Notes: a model not told the origin generated them from the sequence alone. Counted from the stretch's first letter, positions 26,466 to 37,820 are shown. The stretch is 64,000 nucleotides of DNA from Pecten maximus (GCF_902652985.1 NC_047018.1:30132001-30196000), one strand, 5' to 3'. A program made the numbers and translations.

Positions 26466-28391
26466 TTAAGCAATCCTGAATGCCTTGAAACCAGTGTACT
26501 GTCCAAATTTATCAGGGAACCCGTCTCTAATTTTCCAAACCGCACGGCTTGGGATGACCCGTCTGTCACCAGTACCAAGACGACCAACTTGCCACAATAT
26601 ATATTGTCTGTAGGCAGCATGCCTGTTGGCTTTCTTCCAGTCCTCCTCATTTGGCAAAGCAAACATGTCTTGCCTGTAAAGGCGTGCTAGGGCCAAGACA
26701 GCTTCGTCCAAAATAAGAACTTTGAAATCCTGATGGGGAAAAGATGGAAAATGTGTGTAAATTTCTAAAACAAACTTATTAAAAAACTTTACATTTCTGT
26801 AATTAAGCTGCAATAATTCAACAACAATGATAACATAAAAAACAGAAGTGTATTTTTATGAGATAATTCTAGCTACACATGTATTGCTTATTATGTTAAA
26901 CAATTTAAGACAATCTTACCGGAAGCAAAGTTATACAATTTGGTAGATCTTTCTTGCAGCAGAGCTTCTCTGGTTGTGTAGGCATTTCTCTGCAGTTACC
27001 ACAAACACCAATCTGGACTGTACATGTTTCCATCTGGTCTGGGATGGTAACCTCCACTGTTTCCACTACTGTCTTTGACCAAGTCAAAAATCAAAGAAGG
27101 AAACTGCTGTGCTGTCTGATGCAAAATATACTTAGTCTCTTCATGTGACATTTCATCAATTCTTGTCTGGAATAGATACATAAATAATCTTTTTAAATGA
27201 CACTTCTGTAAGAGATTTGGGTTATATAGTTACATTTGGATACTAAATAATTGGATAATGTAATTGGATATTTTTACAGTACAGTGTACAGGATCCAGAA
27301 AATTAAAAAAGAATATATTGAAATTATTACTGAATAATGATATGATCACACAGGACAGATAAAATAAATGAAAAAGTGTTATATATGTATTCAATACCCA
27401 GAAATGTAAAATCGCTGTAAAAGCAAAGTTTAGAACAGCTAAATGTTGTTTCTAATAATAATGGTTTGATATGGTTGGTGAATTAAATGATTAGTAAACA
27501 TTAATTACTTTCAATATTTATCTTCTGGCTTGCAAGCTGGTTGCTGCATTTTCTGCCCTGTCACTTTCCTGGCCCTGACGTCTTCCACAGGCTCCTCTTC
27601 CACCAACTCTTCTCCCTCGTGCTGTGCCGGTTCTAGATCTATCAGAGCTACGACCTATGCCTTGTCCCCTAGCACGTGAACGGCCTCGCCCTCTTCCCCT
27701 AGCTCTGACAGGACTGTCTAAACTTGAACTTGTTCCTTGCGAAGCTGGTGATGGAGTCTATGACACAACATAATATATAATTAGCCAGCATATATATATA
27801 TATATATAGTGTTGATGTCCCAAGCGATTGAAATTTTCTATAACTATCAAAGGAAGAAGGAACATAAAAGTAGAAACATAGCGGACCTACTCATTACTTC
27901 TGGCATTTATTCTGCACAATTAAACTTTTCACAATGACATACATGTAGCCTAACACTGGTGTGTCGTATGTCACACGTACATGTGTAGTACTCTTTATTA
28001 CTTGCATGTATTCATACCAAAATGATTAACGCAGACTTTATTGTAAACATTAAATATGATTGTATACAAAGAAAGTATCAATACCTGTGCATTTCTGAAA
28101 AGAAAACAGTCACAAACAAGCTAAAATCTTATTGAATTACTGAATACATCTAGTTTCTGTTCCGATTGTAATTACCCTTTTTGGGGCCCCACTAGTTGAA
28201 CGGCAGTGATAGATATATATATTTATCGCACGACAAAGCCCAAATAACACAAATTACCCAGCTCAATTTTTGAAACTTATATATTATAACAATATAGAAT
28301 CATTATTTGCGAACATAAATTAGCAGAAAGGCGCAAAGTATGTGTTATACCGAAGACATGTGCGTTTGTTTACACTTACCTCGTAATCCAT
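26466..28391 (-). pseudogene. KolX (P2X7 intracellular ballast-domain-like) accessory gene of Kolobok; exons 28391-28380, 27757-27509, 27166-26920, 26729-26466
   Basis: Phase-0 GT-AG introns; WC.CGNCREMPT..EKLCC...CIT and RHAAYRQYILWQVGRLGTGDRRVIPS.AVWKIR..FP...GQYTGF motifs; in-frame TAA near the end of exon 2 and a frameshift near 27003. Confidence 0.85.
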
Positions 28392-31047
28392 TTTTTCTTT
28401 GCGACGGATGTAAATAACTGCGTCACGTGACAAGCCATGTGACCTTTTCGGCTTTCTCCGTAAGCAACCGAGCGTGATATTGTTTACAATGTAAACAATG
28501 TTCCGACCCCGAAAATATGTACAAAAACACCCAACTTGACGGTGTAGCCGCTTGTATCGCTTAATTATGGGTATATCTTATTATTCAAAGGCCGAATTCT
28601 TCAATTCCTGAGGTTGATATCTAAGGTAATAGTCCCTTTAACACTGGCCCTGCTTGGCGGGTCTACCTGCGAATCCAAGTGTTCCCAGAATTTACATCCA
28701 TATCCACTACCGAACTAACCGTTAGTAAAAAGAAACCCAAATTATATATGGCGCGGACTCTTATTTTGTCCTAATCTATATTTTCATTATTCTTACACTT
28801 GTAATTTTCTTTCACTGATGAAATTTCGATAATTACTTAATTTCTGAAATCCCATCCCTAAGTCTACCTAGTGTCCTATCTTTATCTATGGGACAACATT
28901 TCCTCGTTCTCAACGTGTGTTTGTGTATGAATTACGATTGTATTGTACATGTATACATTTATGAGATTTAAAAAAAAAACACAATTTTACTAATTAAAAT
29001 CGATCAGATTGCTGTGCGCCGTTTTAGGACCATATCATGTGTAAATGGCTGTGTCTACATCCCTTAGTTTCGATTTCTTTGTGTTCACGAGAAATACAGA
29101 CCTACTTCCTCGTACCAAATACATACATGTGTATTTATATTGATATTAATTACTCTTAGTCCTTATTTGGCGTAAATTAATTTTCGTTTCATTATATTTT
29201 TTTGAAGTATAACTTAATATTCGTACTATTCAGATTAATCATAATTGTCATTTAGGGACAAACTGATGTCGCCAATAGATTCAACCACATTACACAGCGG
29301 AAATAGCAAGTATACTGAGGTTAGTACAGGGTATTTTTAGACTCAAGTCTAAAAATAAAAAGCTCTGTATAGCCAAAAATATCATAACTTAATTTATATT
29401 TGGACTGATATTAAAGATCTGATATAAAATATACACATAACTTCCTTATATATGATACAGCGTTTTTATAACACACGTGCTGATTACCTAGCATGTATAA
29501 TGTATGTATATGTTAATTAGCTTGGCGATGACGGACAGGTCTACGATCGATTTATTATGTAACCAATAACTTCACGGAACTTTTGAACTGGGTCCTAGTT
29601 TCCGGTATGATGACACAACACACTGTACAGTAAACACTACAATTTAACTAAAATTTGTAACCCTTTGAAAACTCTCTGCATCGTATTTCAGGAAATTCGT
29701 TTATTCTGATTTCAAGATTTCCTTTTATTTTTTTTCAGTAGCTCGATTCTGAAATAAATTAATATTTTTATTATCATTTCATAATATTCAGTTTGAAACT
29801 GTATTATATAAAATTAATGCACATGTAATTCTAATATCCAATATTCCTTCAAGAAGGAAAACACAGAATCTTAAAAAGAGACGTTTCGGCCTGGTGTTTT
29901 CTGTGTTTATCGTGGTGAGGGCAATCCATTTGAAACAGGTGTTATTTTTAACCATATGACATCAATCTTTTTCTGCCATTAAAGTACATGTATGAATTTG
30001 AATTTTACTAAAAATATGCCACTGCTACTGTGCATAATTTTATCGTGATCAATTTACTTTCAAATATAATACCGATACACGAGTCACGTGTACTCTACAG
30101 GATGTAAAACAAAACTTTACAAAGTCGTGTCTTGATTCCCCAGACATATAGCTCTAATCTTTCATTAAAACATGTTCAGTTTATGTTTATGGACAATAGA
30201 GCTTTACCTGATAAATACAATATTTCCCTTTCTATTTATGATGTGTATCTGGGTCATGACTGCAGGGGTCGTCCAGTACAATGTACGCTGATACCTTATA
30301 TTAGACTATTGATCTCAAGTAGTATCATAATTATGTATGTTAAATCATTTTAGTTTATTTATGTATCTATTTATTTTATTTATATATTTATTCATTTATG
30401 TAAATGAATGAATGAATTTATTTATTTAATAACATTTATTTATCTCTCAAATCGTTAATTCCTTCATAACTAGATTCCCAATACTGTACCATGAACTCTC
30501 ACTTTTGTACTTCTATCCCAGTAATCACGTCTATTGGCTTGGTAAGCCTGCCCATAGCAGATCTAGATACCTACCATCAGTCCCACTCTCGATGTAATGG
30601 TCGGGTATCTATACTAAAATCTAGATTTATCACCGACACGACTGACACCATCGATATCCCCCACGAACACACGGGTTATCACCTATGAAATATTACATAA
30701 ACAAATAAAGACCATAAGCCCAAACTAAATAGCTCCTGTTGAGATAGGTGGTCATAAATCCAGGTTTGATACAAAATGTTCACTGTTATTTCTTCATTGG
30801 AACTCATAGTATTGTCATGGACGCCATGAACTTAAAATTCACACTAGGAAACTTCCGGTTGATCGATTCCGAATTCACGACCTTGACATGTTATTTCCGG
30901 TTCATCGCTGTGTACGGCTTATTTTTGTTTTTTGTTTTTTTGTTTACATGAGATTGATATAATCGAAAAATTGTTTTGAAACAATAGATGTCGATAAAAT
31001 GCTGTAAACTGTCATGCATGTGTTTGTCTCGCTGTTCAAGTACATTT

Positions 31048-31254
31048 TTTATGACATCTCTGTCTTGTACACGAGCTAGGTGACCACAGCTAGTTTGCTG
31101 TTAAGAAACACTAGAAATTGATAATGAAGACATAATATGTGTTGAAAAGGTCATTTATTAATGACAAATCAATTTCAGATATAAAGATATACCCCCAAGT
31201 TATAAATTAGAGAAATTATGACTATAACAGCAAAGATGGGGTAAAAAATAGGCA
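31048..31254 (-). repeat. Split direct repeat B2 (207 bp)
   Basis: Matches 31808-32014 (offset 760); carries a minus-strand AATAAA at ~31154-31159. Confidence 0.95.
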
Positions 31255-31428
31255 TGACATAATACCCAAACAGTACATCCATAATATATTTAAATCAATA
31301 TAAAGATTATATAACCTCAAGATACCATTTTCAACATGATGAAAAGTTGGTATATGCATATTAGCAAGTATAAGGAGTCTAAAATTGACAGTTCAATACA
31401 TGTTACACTGGGAGGGCATAAGGGTGGG

Positions 31429-31812
31429 AAATCAAAAGTGTTAAAAAACTTCCATCAGTGGAGATAAACTTTTACACTTGATTTTCCCAATGGAGGTGAC
31501 GCTACTGAGGGTCAATCTCCTCTGTGATAGGTCCGGTGGCTGGGCTACGTGGCTGCTGATTGGCTGACCAATCACACGCTTCTATCCCTTAAGCCAAAAT
31601 GACCAGAGGTCAGTCAAGTCCTGGGAATTTTCCATCACGTGGCCCAGACATGGACCTCCTTCTTGACCCCTCAATGTTAGCCCATTTACATAAAAACCAG
31701 AACAATGGGAGATGCGAGTGGTGCCAATGCCCCTCTCAACATATAATAAACAAACAATTACAGACTGACATAAATGTATTTATTTATACAGATATAAATA
31801 AATGTTATTTAT
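31429..31812 (-). repeat. Split direct repeat A2 (384 bp)
   Basis: Matches 39020-39403 (offset 7591). Confidence 0.95.
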
Positions 31813-32014
31813 GACATCTCTGTCTTGTACACGAGCTAGGTGACCACAGCTAGTTTGCTGTTAAGAAACACTAGAAATTGATAATGAAGACATAATATGT
31901 GTTGAAAAGGTCATTTATTAATGACAAATCAATTTCAGATATAAAGATATACCCCCAAGTTATAAATTAGAGAAATTATGACTATAACAGCAAAGATGGG
32001 GTAAAAAATAGGCA
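31808..32014 (-). repeat. Split direct repeat B1 (207 bp)
   Basis: Matches 31048-31254; overlaps A2 by TTTAT (31808-31812). Confidence 0.95.
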
Positions 32015-32421
32015 CTGATGACCTAGTCCAGATATTGTATAGAATGAATATATCTAGGGCAAGGTCATCGCCCCATCCAAGGTCACCAAGCTCGAGTAAG
32101 TGAGATAGTTGATATTTTCCTGATACCGATGATAGGAAATAGGTTATCAAATGACCAGAAGAATTAATGGATATATTTTTGATAAGCTCAAATGATTTGA
32201 ACCCCATGATATAATATGACCGAATGTACACAGGCAGAAACAGTTCGTGCACTGTGACATGATCACATGAGTTACATAAAACAACATGATACAGGTCGCT
32301 CTGTCAGATAACATAAAGCTTTCGTAAATAACACAAACTGATGTGGACTGAACTGACCTTCCTCAAACTAATATAAGTAACCGCGGAGCTTGCCAAGTTA
32401 ATAATAAATTTAAACAACAAT

Positions 32422-33108
32422 GTTATAACTAGAGGAAGCAGGCAGTACTGACCTTCCAATTATAACAAAATATTAAAATAATGTATACAAGATATTGAAA
32501 ATTTCAATAACAAGAACCGTTACAACTCTAGGAAGCAGGCAGTACTGACCTTCCAAAAACCAAGTGGCAAATAATAGACATAAAAACTGCAAATATAAAT
32601 TGACCAACAATGTTACAACTTAAGGAAGCAGGCAGTACTGACCTTCCCATCATAACAAAGTAACAATATATACACATAATAATGAAAACACAAAATTCTC
32701 AAAACAATGTTACAACTTGAGAATAACACAGTACCAATATATACACATAATAATGAAAACATAAAATTCTCAAAACAATGTTACAACTAGAGGAAGCAGG
32801 CAGTACTGACCTTCCCACCATAACAAAGTATCAATATATACACATAATAATGAAACATAAAATTCTCAAAACAATGTTACAACTAGAGGAAGCAGGCAGT
32901 TCTGACCTTCCCATCATAACAGAGTATCAATATATACACCTAATAATGAAAACATAAAATTCTCAAAAAAAAAAATGTTACAACTAGAGGAAGCAGGCAG
33001 TTCTGACCTTCCCATCATAACAAAGTATCAATATATACACATAATAATGAAAACAGAATTCTCAAAAAAAATGTTACAACTTGAGGAAGCAGGCAGTACT
33101 GACCTTCC
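32422..33108 (-). repeat. Array of conserved 36-bp hairpin cores with ~57-65-bp AT-rich spacers in the Ngaro 3' region
   Basis: GTTACAACTAGAGGAAGCAGGCAGTACTGACCTTCC-like cores at 32422, 32519, 32612, 32780, 32876, 32977, 33073; partial core at 32709. Confidence 0.92.
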
Positions 33109-33198
33109 AACTCGTTCAATTCTAATGACAAGATGCAGACCAATGGACAGATGAATTCATGTTCAGAAAAATAACTATAACCTGATCTTTTATCCGTA

Positions 33199-34161
33199 TT
33201 ACTTGAATATACTGATACGAATATACGAGCGAACTGCATCAGACTTCCAACGACCATACTTCTGCAAAATAGATTGCGGAACACCTAGCTGTGTAGCCGT
33301 AGTGGCAGCTCCGATTCTGAAGGAATGACCTTTATATACTTTTGTGTCAAGTTTTAAAAATTTCAAAACTGATTGAAGAGATTTGCAAAAGAAGGAATAT
33401 GTAACAGGGGCACCATCAGCAAATTGAAATAATGGACCTGTGCTATGTTTGGTTGATTCAAGGTATTTGCGTAATGCTGATACTGGGCAGTAAGTCTTGT
33501 CTGCTTTAACAGGGATTTCCAGCGTTACAGGGTGATTGTCACAATGTTTGAAATTTGTGATTTTGACAGTCATACCTTTAAGTAGGGAAGTATGGTTGTC
33601 ATACAAAAACGTTATATCACTTGTCTGTAAAATAGTAGACACCGAGTTATTATGGTTCAGGGTAATTTCGCCAATGCGCAAAAATGCGTGAAAAGCCAAA
33701 AGAAACATAGCTCTGCAAAGACAAGCCTTAAAGTGCGGGAAAATTGTTTTACCAGTAGCATTGATTATATTTTCCAAAATATCTAAAGTGATTGGAAGTC
33801 GACAATCTGAAGAGCACCTACTGTTTTGGACACCTTTTAGCAATTTTTTTATATAAAATAGGTCAGTGGGATCTTCCATGTTTTCCATCTTGTGTATGAA
33901 ACTGATAGCTGACATGTATGAATAAATAGTGGCCGAACTTAGATTCTTTGCGAACAGGTGTACAATAAATTTTGCCAACACATTCTGTGGAATAGGAAAA
34001 ACAACCGGTGTTGAAAAGTTTGACCTATGAAAATCCATGAATGAAGATAACACGCGCTTATAACCAGATCTGGTGGATGGTGCTAGGGAGGCTGCCAAAA
34101 GCTGAGATGTTAAAGAGTCGTAAGAAGAGGAGGTATCGAGACCGGGTGCGGATCGAGCCAC
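33199..34161 (-). CDS. Tyrosine recombinase (YR) of the Ngaro element
   Basis: 320 aa; FLRIGE (Arg), GHSFRIGAAT (HxxR) and GRWKSDAVRSY (Trp, Tyr) catalytic motifs. Confidence 0.95.
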   Translation of the reverse strand: MARSAPGLDTSSSYDSLTSQLLAASLAPSTRSGYKRVLSSFMDFHRSNFSTPVVFPIPQNVLAKFIVHLFAKNLSSATIYSYMSAISFIHKMENMEDPTDLFYIKKLLKGVQNSRCSSDCRLPITLDILENIINATGKTIFPHFKACLCRAMFLLAFHAFLRIGEITLNHNNSVSTILQTSDITFLYDNHTSLLKGMTVKITNFKHCDNHPVTLEIPVKADKTYCPVSALRKYLESTKHSTGPLFQFADGAPVTYSFFCKSLQSVLKFLKLDTKVYKGHSFRIGAATTATQLGVPQSILQKYGRWKSDAVRSYIRISIFK

Positions 34162-35939
34162 GGTGCGATTTTGTGCGCCTCCTGAAATTGGAAACGAGAC
34201 AATTTGTCAGCCACCACATTAGTGTAACCCGGGATATGTTTAGCACGAAAATGTATGTTAAACTTTAATGTGGATAACACCAGTCGCCGGACCAGTTTCA
34301 TCAAAATGGCATCCTTAGATGATAATTTGTTGATGATATCTACTACTGCTTGGTTATCACAAAGAAACAGAATCCTATGATTTGCTAACTTTTGACCAAA
34401 CATCTCCAAAGCAATCACAATTGGAAAGAGTTCTTTCACTGTTATGTGTGTAACCCTCAATTCATCTGTCCATTGCCCTGTAAACCAACTGGCACCAAGA
34501 ACAGCCGCATAACCACCATGTACCCCAGCTGCATCAGAATACATTTTGATTGTATCTGACGATATCCATTTGTCAAATAAGAAAAAAGCCTTCCCATTGA
34601 AATATTCCAAAAACAAAGACCAAGCCTGTAGGTCAGCTCGAGCCTCCTTATTAAGCCTAATAAAATGATGAGCGAGTTTAACGCCCTTAGTTAGGTCAAT
34701 AAGACGTCTTAAAAAGGCTCGACCGGGGACGATAATCACACAGCAGAAATTCAGGAAACCAATAATTTGTTGTAAATGCTTTAGTTGTATACGCCTTTTG
34801 TTTTTAAAGGAGTCTATCAGACTATGGGCCTTAAGGAGTTTTTCCTCTGGGAGACTAGCTGTCATAGATTTAGAATCTAACTGTATGCCATAAATGACTA
34901 TTACTGTAGAAGGCCAGTGGGTTTTATCCTGTTTTATCGGAATACCCAGGAATTCTGTGGTTTTCAGAAATATCTCTAAGTCAGACCTGCATTTTGAGGA
35001 AGAGGGAGGACCTGCAAAGAAGAAGTCGTCTAACAGGTGTGACATGAAGGCTTTGTGCTTGTTAGTCATGTACCATTGGAGAGCGCAACTCAGTTTTTCA
35101 AAGAGTTGGCATGATGATGAACACCCCATGGGTAGGCACTTATCAAAATAATACTTGTTATCCCACATAAAACCCACATATTTGTATTGTGACGGATGGA
35201 TGGGAAGAAGCCTAAATGCATCCTCAATGTCAGCTTTTGCCATTAGGCAGCCTTTGCCAAACCTCTGTACTAAGGCAATAGCATGCTCAACAGTTTCATA
35301 TTGAACAGCAGAAAATTCTGTGGGAATTAAATTATTGACTGAATTACCATCTGGATATGACAGATTATGTATTAATCTAAATTTTCCCAGTTCTTTCTTA
35401 GGAATTAAACCTAAAGGAGAAATAATCATGTTATCGAAGGGTAAAGATTCATACGGACCTGCTATTCGACCTTTTAGGCGTTCCTTTTCTATTTTTTCCA
35501 AAACTCTTACAGGGTTATCGACAGCTGATTTATGATTGGTTGGGATAGTTTTTGAAGGAACGACATCCCCTGATATGCCTAAATGAAAACCTATCGAGAA
35601 ACCCTCGTATAAGAAATCTGTGAGCACTTGATCGTAGTTAAGAAGAAGACTTCTCATGCGCTTTGCGTGAATTGGGGTTGGTAGAGTTAACATTATTGTG
35701 TCTAAGCTGGGACTGGTTGATAGGCCAGTGGCAGTTCTTGGTGGCAATTTTTTTGCCGCACACACAACACTCGTGTTTGAATCTACAGGAAGATCCATGC
35801 TTACAGGTCCCTTCAAGTGCGAATCCCCAACAATAGCCATAGGGAAGTTTAGGCTTTTGCTGGAACTTCCCTCGAAAGGGCTGAGAGTTCTGGGAAAAGG
35901 GCTTGGCTTGATTGGGTTTTCCATATGGTGTTTGTACAT
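34110..35939 (-). CDS. Pol: reverse transcriptase + RNase H of the Ngaro element
   Basis: KFRLIHNLS, KADIEDAFRLLP, LPMGCSSS, HLLDDFF (RT); YSDAAG, KELFPI, LCDNQA, ADKLSR (RNase H); overlaps gag and YR; true start uncertain. Confidence 0.95.
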   Translation of the reverse strand: MYKHHMENPIKPSPFPRTLSPFEGSSSKSLNFPMAIVGDSHLKGPVSMDLPVDSNTSVVCAAKKLPPRTATGLSTSPSLDTIMLTLPTPIHAKRMRSLLLNYDQVLTDFLYEGFSIGFHLGISGDVVPSKTIPTNHKSAVDNPVRVLEKIEKERLKGRIAGPYESLPFDNMIISPLGLIPKKELGKFRLIHNLSYPDGNSVNNLIPTEFSAVQYETVEHAIALVQRFGKGCLMAKADIEDAFRLLPIHPSQYKYVGFMWDNKYYFDKCLPMGCSSSCQLFEKLSCALQWYMTNKHKAFMSHLLDDFFFAGPPSSSKCRSDLEIFLKTTEFLGIPIKQDKTHWPSTVIVIYGIQLDSKSMTASLPEEKLLKAHSLIDSFKNKRRIQLKHLQQIIGFLNFCCVIIVPGRAFLRRLIDLTKGVKLAHHFIRLNKEARADLQAWSLFLEYFNGKAFFLFDKWISSDTIKMYSDAAGVHGGYAAVLGASWFTGQWTDELRVTHITVKELFPIVIALEMFGQKLANHRILFLCDNQAVVDIINKLSSKDAILMKLVRRLVLSTLKFNIHFRAKHIPGYTNVVADKLSRFQFQEAHKIAPWLDPHPVSIPPLLTTL

Positions 35940-36858
35940 GATTTATGCGCATGGCGGCCATACGCCATAATTCGTCATGTACTATGTTCCAGTTGACTGG
36001 TTGAGTACGACGCAATTTTCTAAAATTTTCATCATAAAATTTGACAGCTTGAAATCCATAATTTTGATTTAACAATCTCATAGTGTTTCCATACTTCAAC
36101 AGATGAGATATCTTTTCTGGAAACTTTTCCGTATAAATTGACACGAAAATGTCAAAGGCCTGATTCCATTGACTGATGTTTGCAACTGATTTTGCTTTGG
36201 AACTAGCTGTCAAGCCAAGCCCATTACCCTCATAGGTCAACTTTAGTTTTGTTTGTTCAGATTCATAGGACGGAAAAACTAGCTCACCAAATTCAATAAA
36301 TTCGTTTTCCATAATTTTCGCTCTGATTTTGTCAGAGACATTGTACCCTAAAGGGAGAGATGAGGTACATGTTAAAAAAGCCTCATTTGCAGGTCTATTA
36401 GCAATGTCTTCACCTTCAAACATTCTTTGAATGGCAGGTAAACCATTAATGTCCTCCTGATTATGTGCAGTTGATTGGTGTGGGACAGCCAGCTGGTCAA
36501 TGTCACGAGCACTATGCGTTTGTTCTTCACTAGATTCATTTTGAGCCGTGGATGGCCCACTAAGTCCCTTTGCACTCAGGACCTGGTTCACAACATCAGC
36601 CACTATGGTTGCTGTTTCCTGTCGTACTTGTTGGACCACCTGACTTACAATATCTGCGATGTTGACCCCTGACAGGGGAGATTGGACAGGTCCCTGTAGC
36701 TGGTCAGCTGGTGGAACAGAGTTTTCTTCATTGTACATCGCCTCAGGAACTGGTGGTGTGGTAATTCTTGTCGCTTTGCGTGGTGTGGAGGACTTTTTGG
36801 ACTTTGATGTTGTCATCGCTACACGTTGACGCTTTTTGGGAGGTGGTTTGCCAGACAT
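35638..36858 (-). CDS. Gag-like ORF1 of the Ngaro element
   Basis: First ATG at 36858 (MSGKPPPKKRQR, NLS-like); KIRAKIMENEFIEFGEL and W..AF.IF..IY...YDENFR motifs of DIRS/Ngaro ORF1; C-terminal Cys/His cluster CWGFALEGTCKHGSSCRFKHECCVCG. Confidence 0.88.
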   Translation of the reverse strand: MSGKPPPKKRQRVAMTTSKSKKSSTPRKATRITTPPVPEAMYNEENSVPPADQLQGPVQSPLSGVNIADIVSQVVQQVRQETATIVADVVNQVLSAKGLSGPSTAQNESSEEQTHSARDIDQLAVPHQSTAHNQEDINGLPAIQRMFEGEDIANRPANEAFLTCTSSLPLGYNVSDKIRAKIMENEFIEFGELVFPSYESEQTKLKLTYEGNGLGLTASSKAKSVANISQWNQAFDIFVSIYTEKFPEKISHLLKYGNTMRLLNQNYGFQAVKFYDENFRKLRRTQPVNWNIVHDELWRMAAMRINHVQTPYGKPNQAKPFSQNSQPFRGKFQQKPKLPYGYCWGFALEGTCKHGSSCRFKHECCVCGKKIATKNCHWPINQSQLRHNNVNSTNPNSRKAHEKSSS

Positions 36859-37374
36859 CTTGACTTTAGTCTGTCCCACAGTGACTACCCTGTAAAATTT
36901 AGATTGTGACAATAACAGTGTTTGTGAATAAAAACCCAGTGCAAATGTAAATATTTGCCCTGTGCGAAGCCTAAAAGACAGCCCAAGTTATACATATATA
37001 CTATCCCGTGTTTAAATAATTGATTGATCTGTGGAATTGGCCATGATAGCCTGTTTACAGTAATGGTATTATTAAATGGATACGCACATTGATGCAAACA
37101 ATCAATATAAATTTATATGGGATTTAAAACCTAAATTGAGAAACCACTAGAAAAATTCCATAATGATCTCCATTTTTAACATTATATTGTAGTTTGATGA
37201 ACTAAATCACCTTAATAAATAATGTTACCCTGTTATATATAGCAGCACATGTATAAATCATGGCTTAAATATAATATACAGGCATATTGTAGTCCAAGTT
37301 GGAATCTCTGAAACATACTCGTACCGAATACAGACCTATATGACAAGCGCATTAATACATTATTATAATTAAAG

Positions 37375-37820
37375 CAAACAATAATGGCCAGCAAACAGAC
37401 CCATGAATATTGATTATATCCAAACAGACAATAATGGACTATGAATAGCCCCATGCATGCTGAATATATTCAAACAGACAATAATGGCCTAGGCCCATGA
37501 ATGCTAAATAAACAGAATAATAAACAAGCAAACAATAATGGCTATATTAATTGACCCATGAATGTTGAATAAAACCAAGCAAACAATAATGGCCTATCAC
37601 AGACCCATGAATGCTTATAACTATATTCAAAACAGACAATAATGGCCTAGCCCATGAATGCAGTAAGAAACATAGCAAACAATAATGGTCTATTACTATA
37701 TAAAGACCCATGAATGCTGACAACATCAATCAATATGTATTGCGTAAATTAAATAGGCTGTATCCTAACCTGGCAGAGCCAACAATTATGTTCGAACAAT
37801 AATGGTCCATATTCAGACCA
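37375..37820 (-). repeat. Array of 7-8 two-motif hairpin units upstream of gag
   Basis: Conserved CARACAATAATGG and CCCATGAATG separated by variable segments; period ~45-60 bp. Confidence 0.88.

Larger units (their letters stand above)
19604..28637 (+). mobile_element. Kolobok-superfamily DNA transposon, defective
   Basis: TTAA at 19600-19603 and 28638-28641; terminal inverted repeats AGGGACTAT(n4)TTAGA at both ends; convergent transposase and KolX genes inside. Confidence 0.88.

Noticed and set aside
26466-27181. Host P2X7 purinoceptor gene
   Set aside because: No transmembrane or ectodomain exons; lies inside Kolobok termini convergent with a transposase
31599-31814. 71-aa ORF repeated at 39190
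   Set aside because: Antisense ORF inside the A repeat; its duplication reflects the repeat, not coding conservation
32422-33108. True CRISPR array
   Set aside because: Eukaryotic retrotransposon context, no cas genes, and most spacers are duplicates of one another; kept only as a repeat-array finding
33199-34161. Phage integrase or bacterial contamination
   Set aside because: Overlaps a DIRS-type RT-RNaseH ORF within split direct repeats in intron-containing animal DNA
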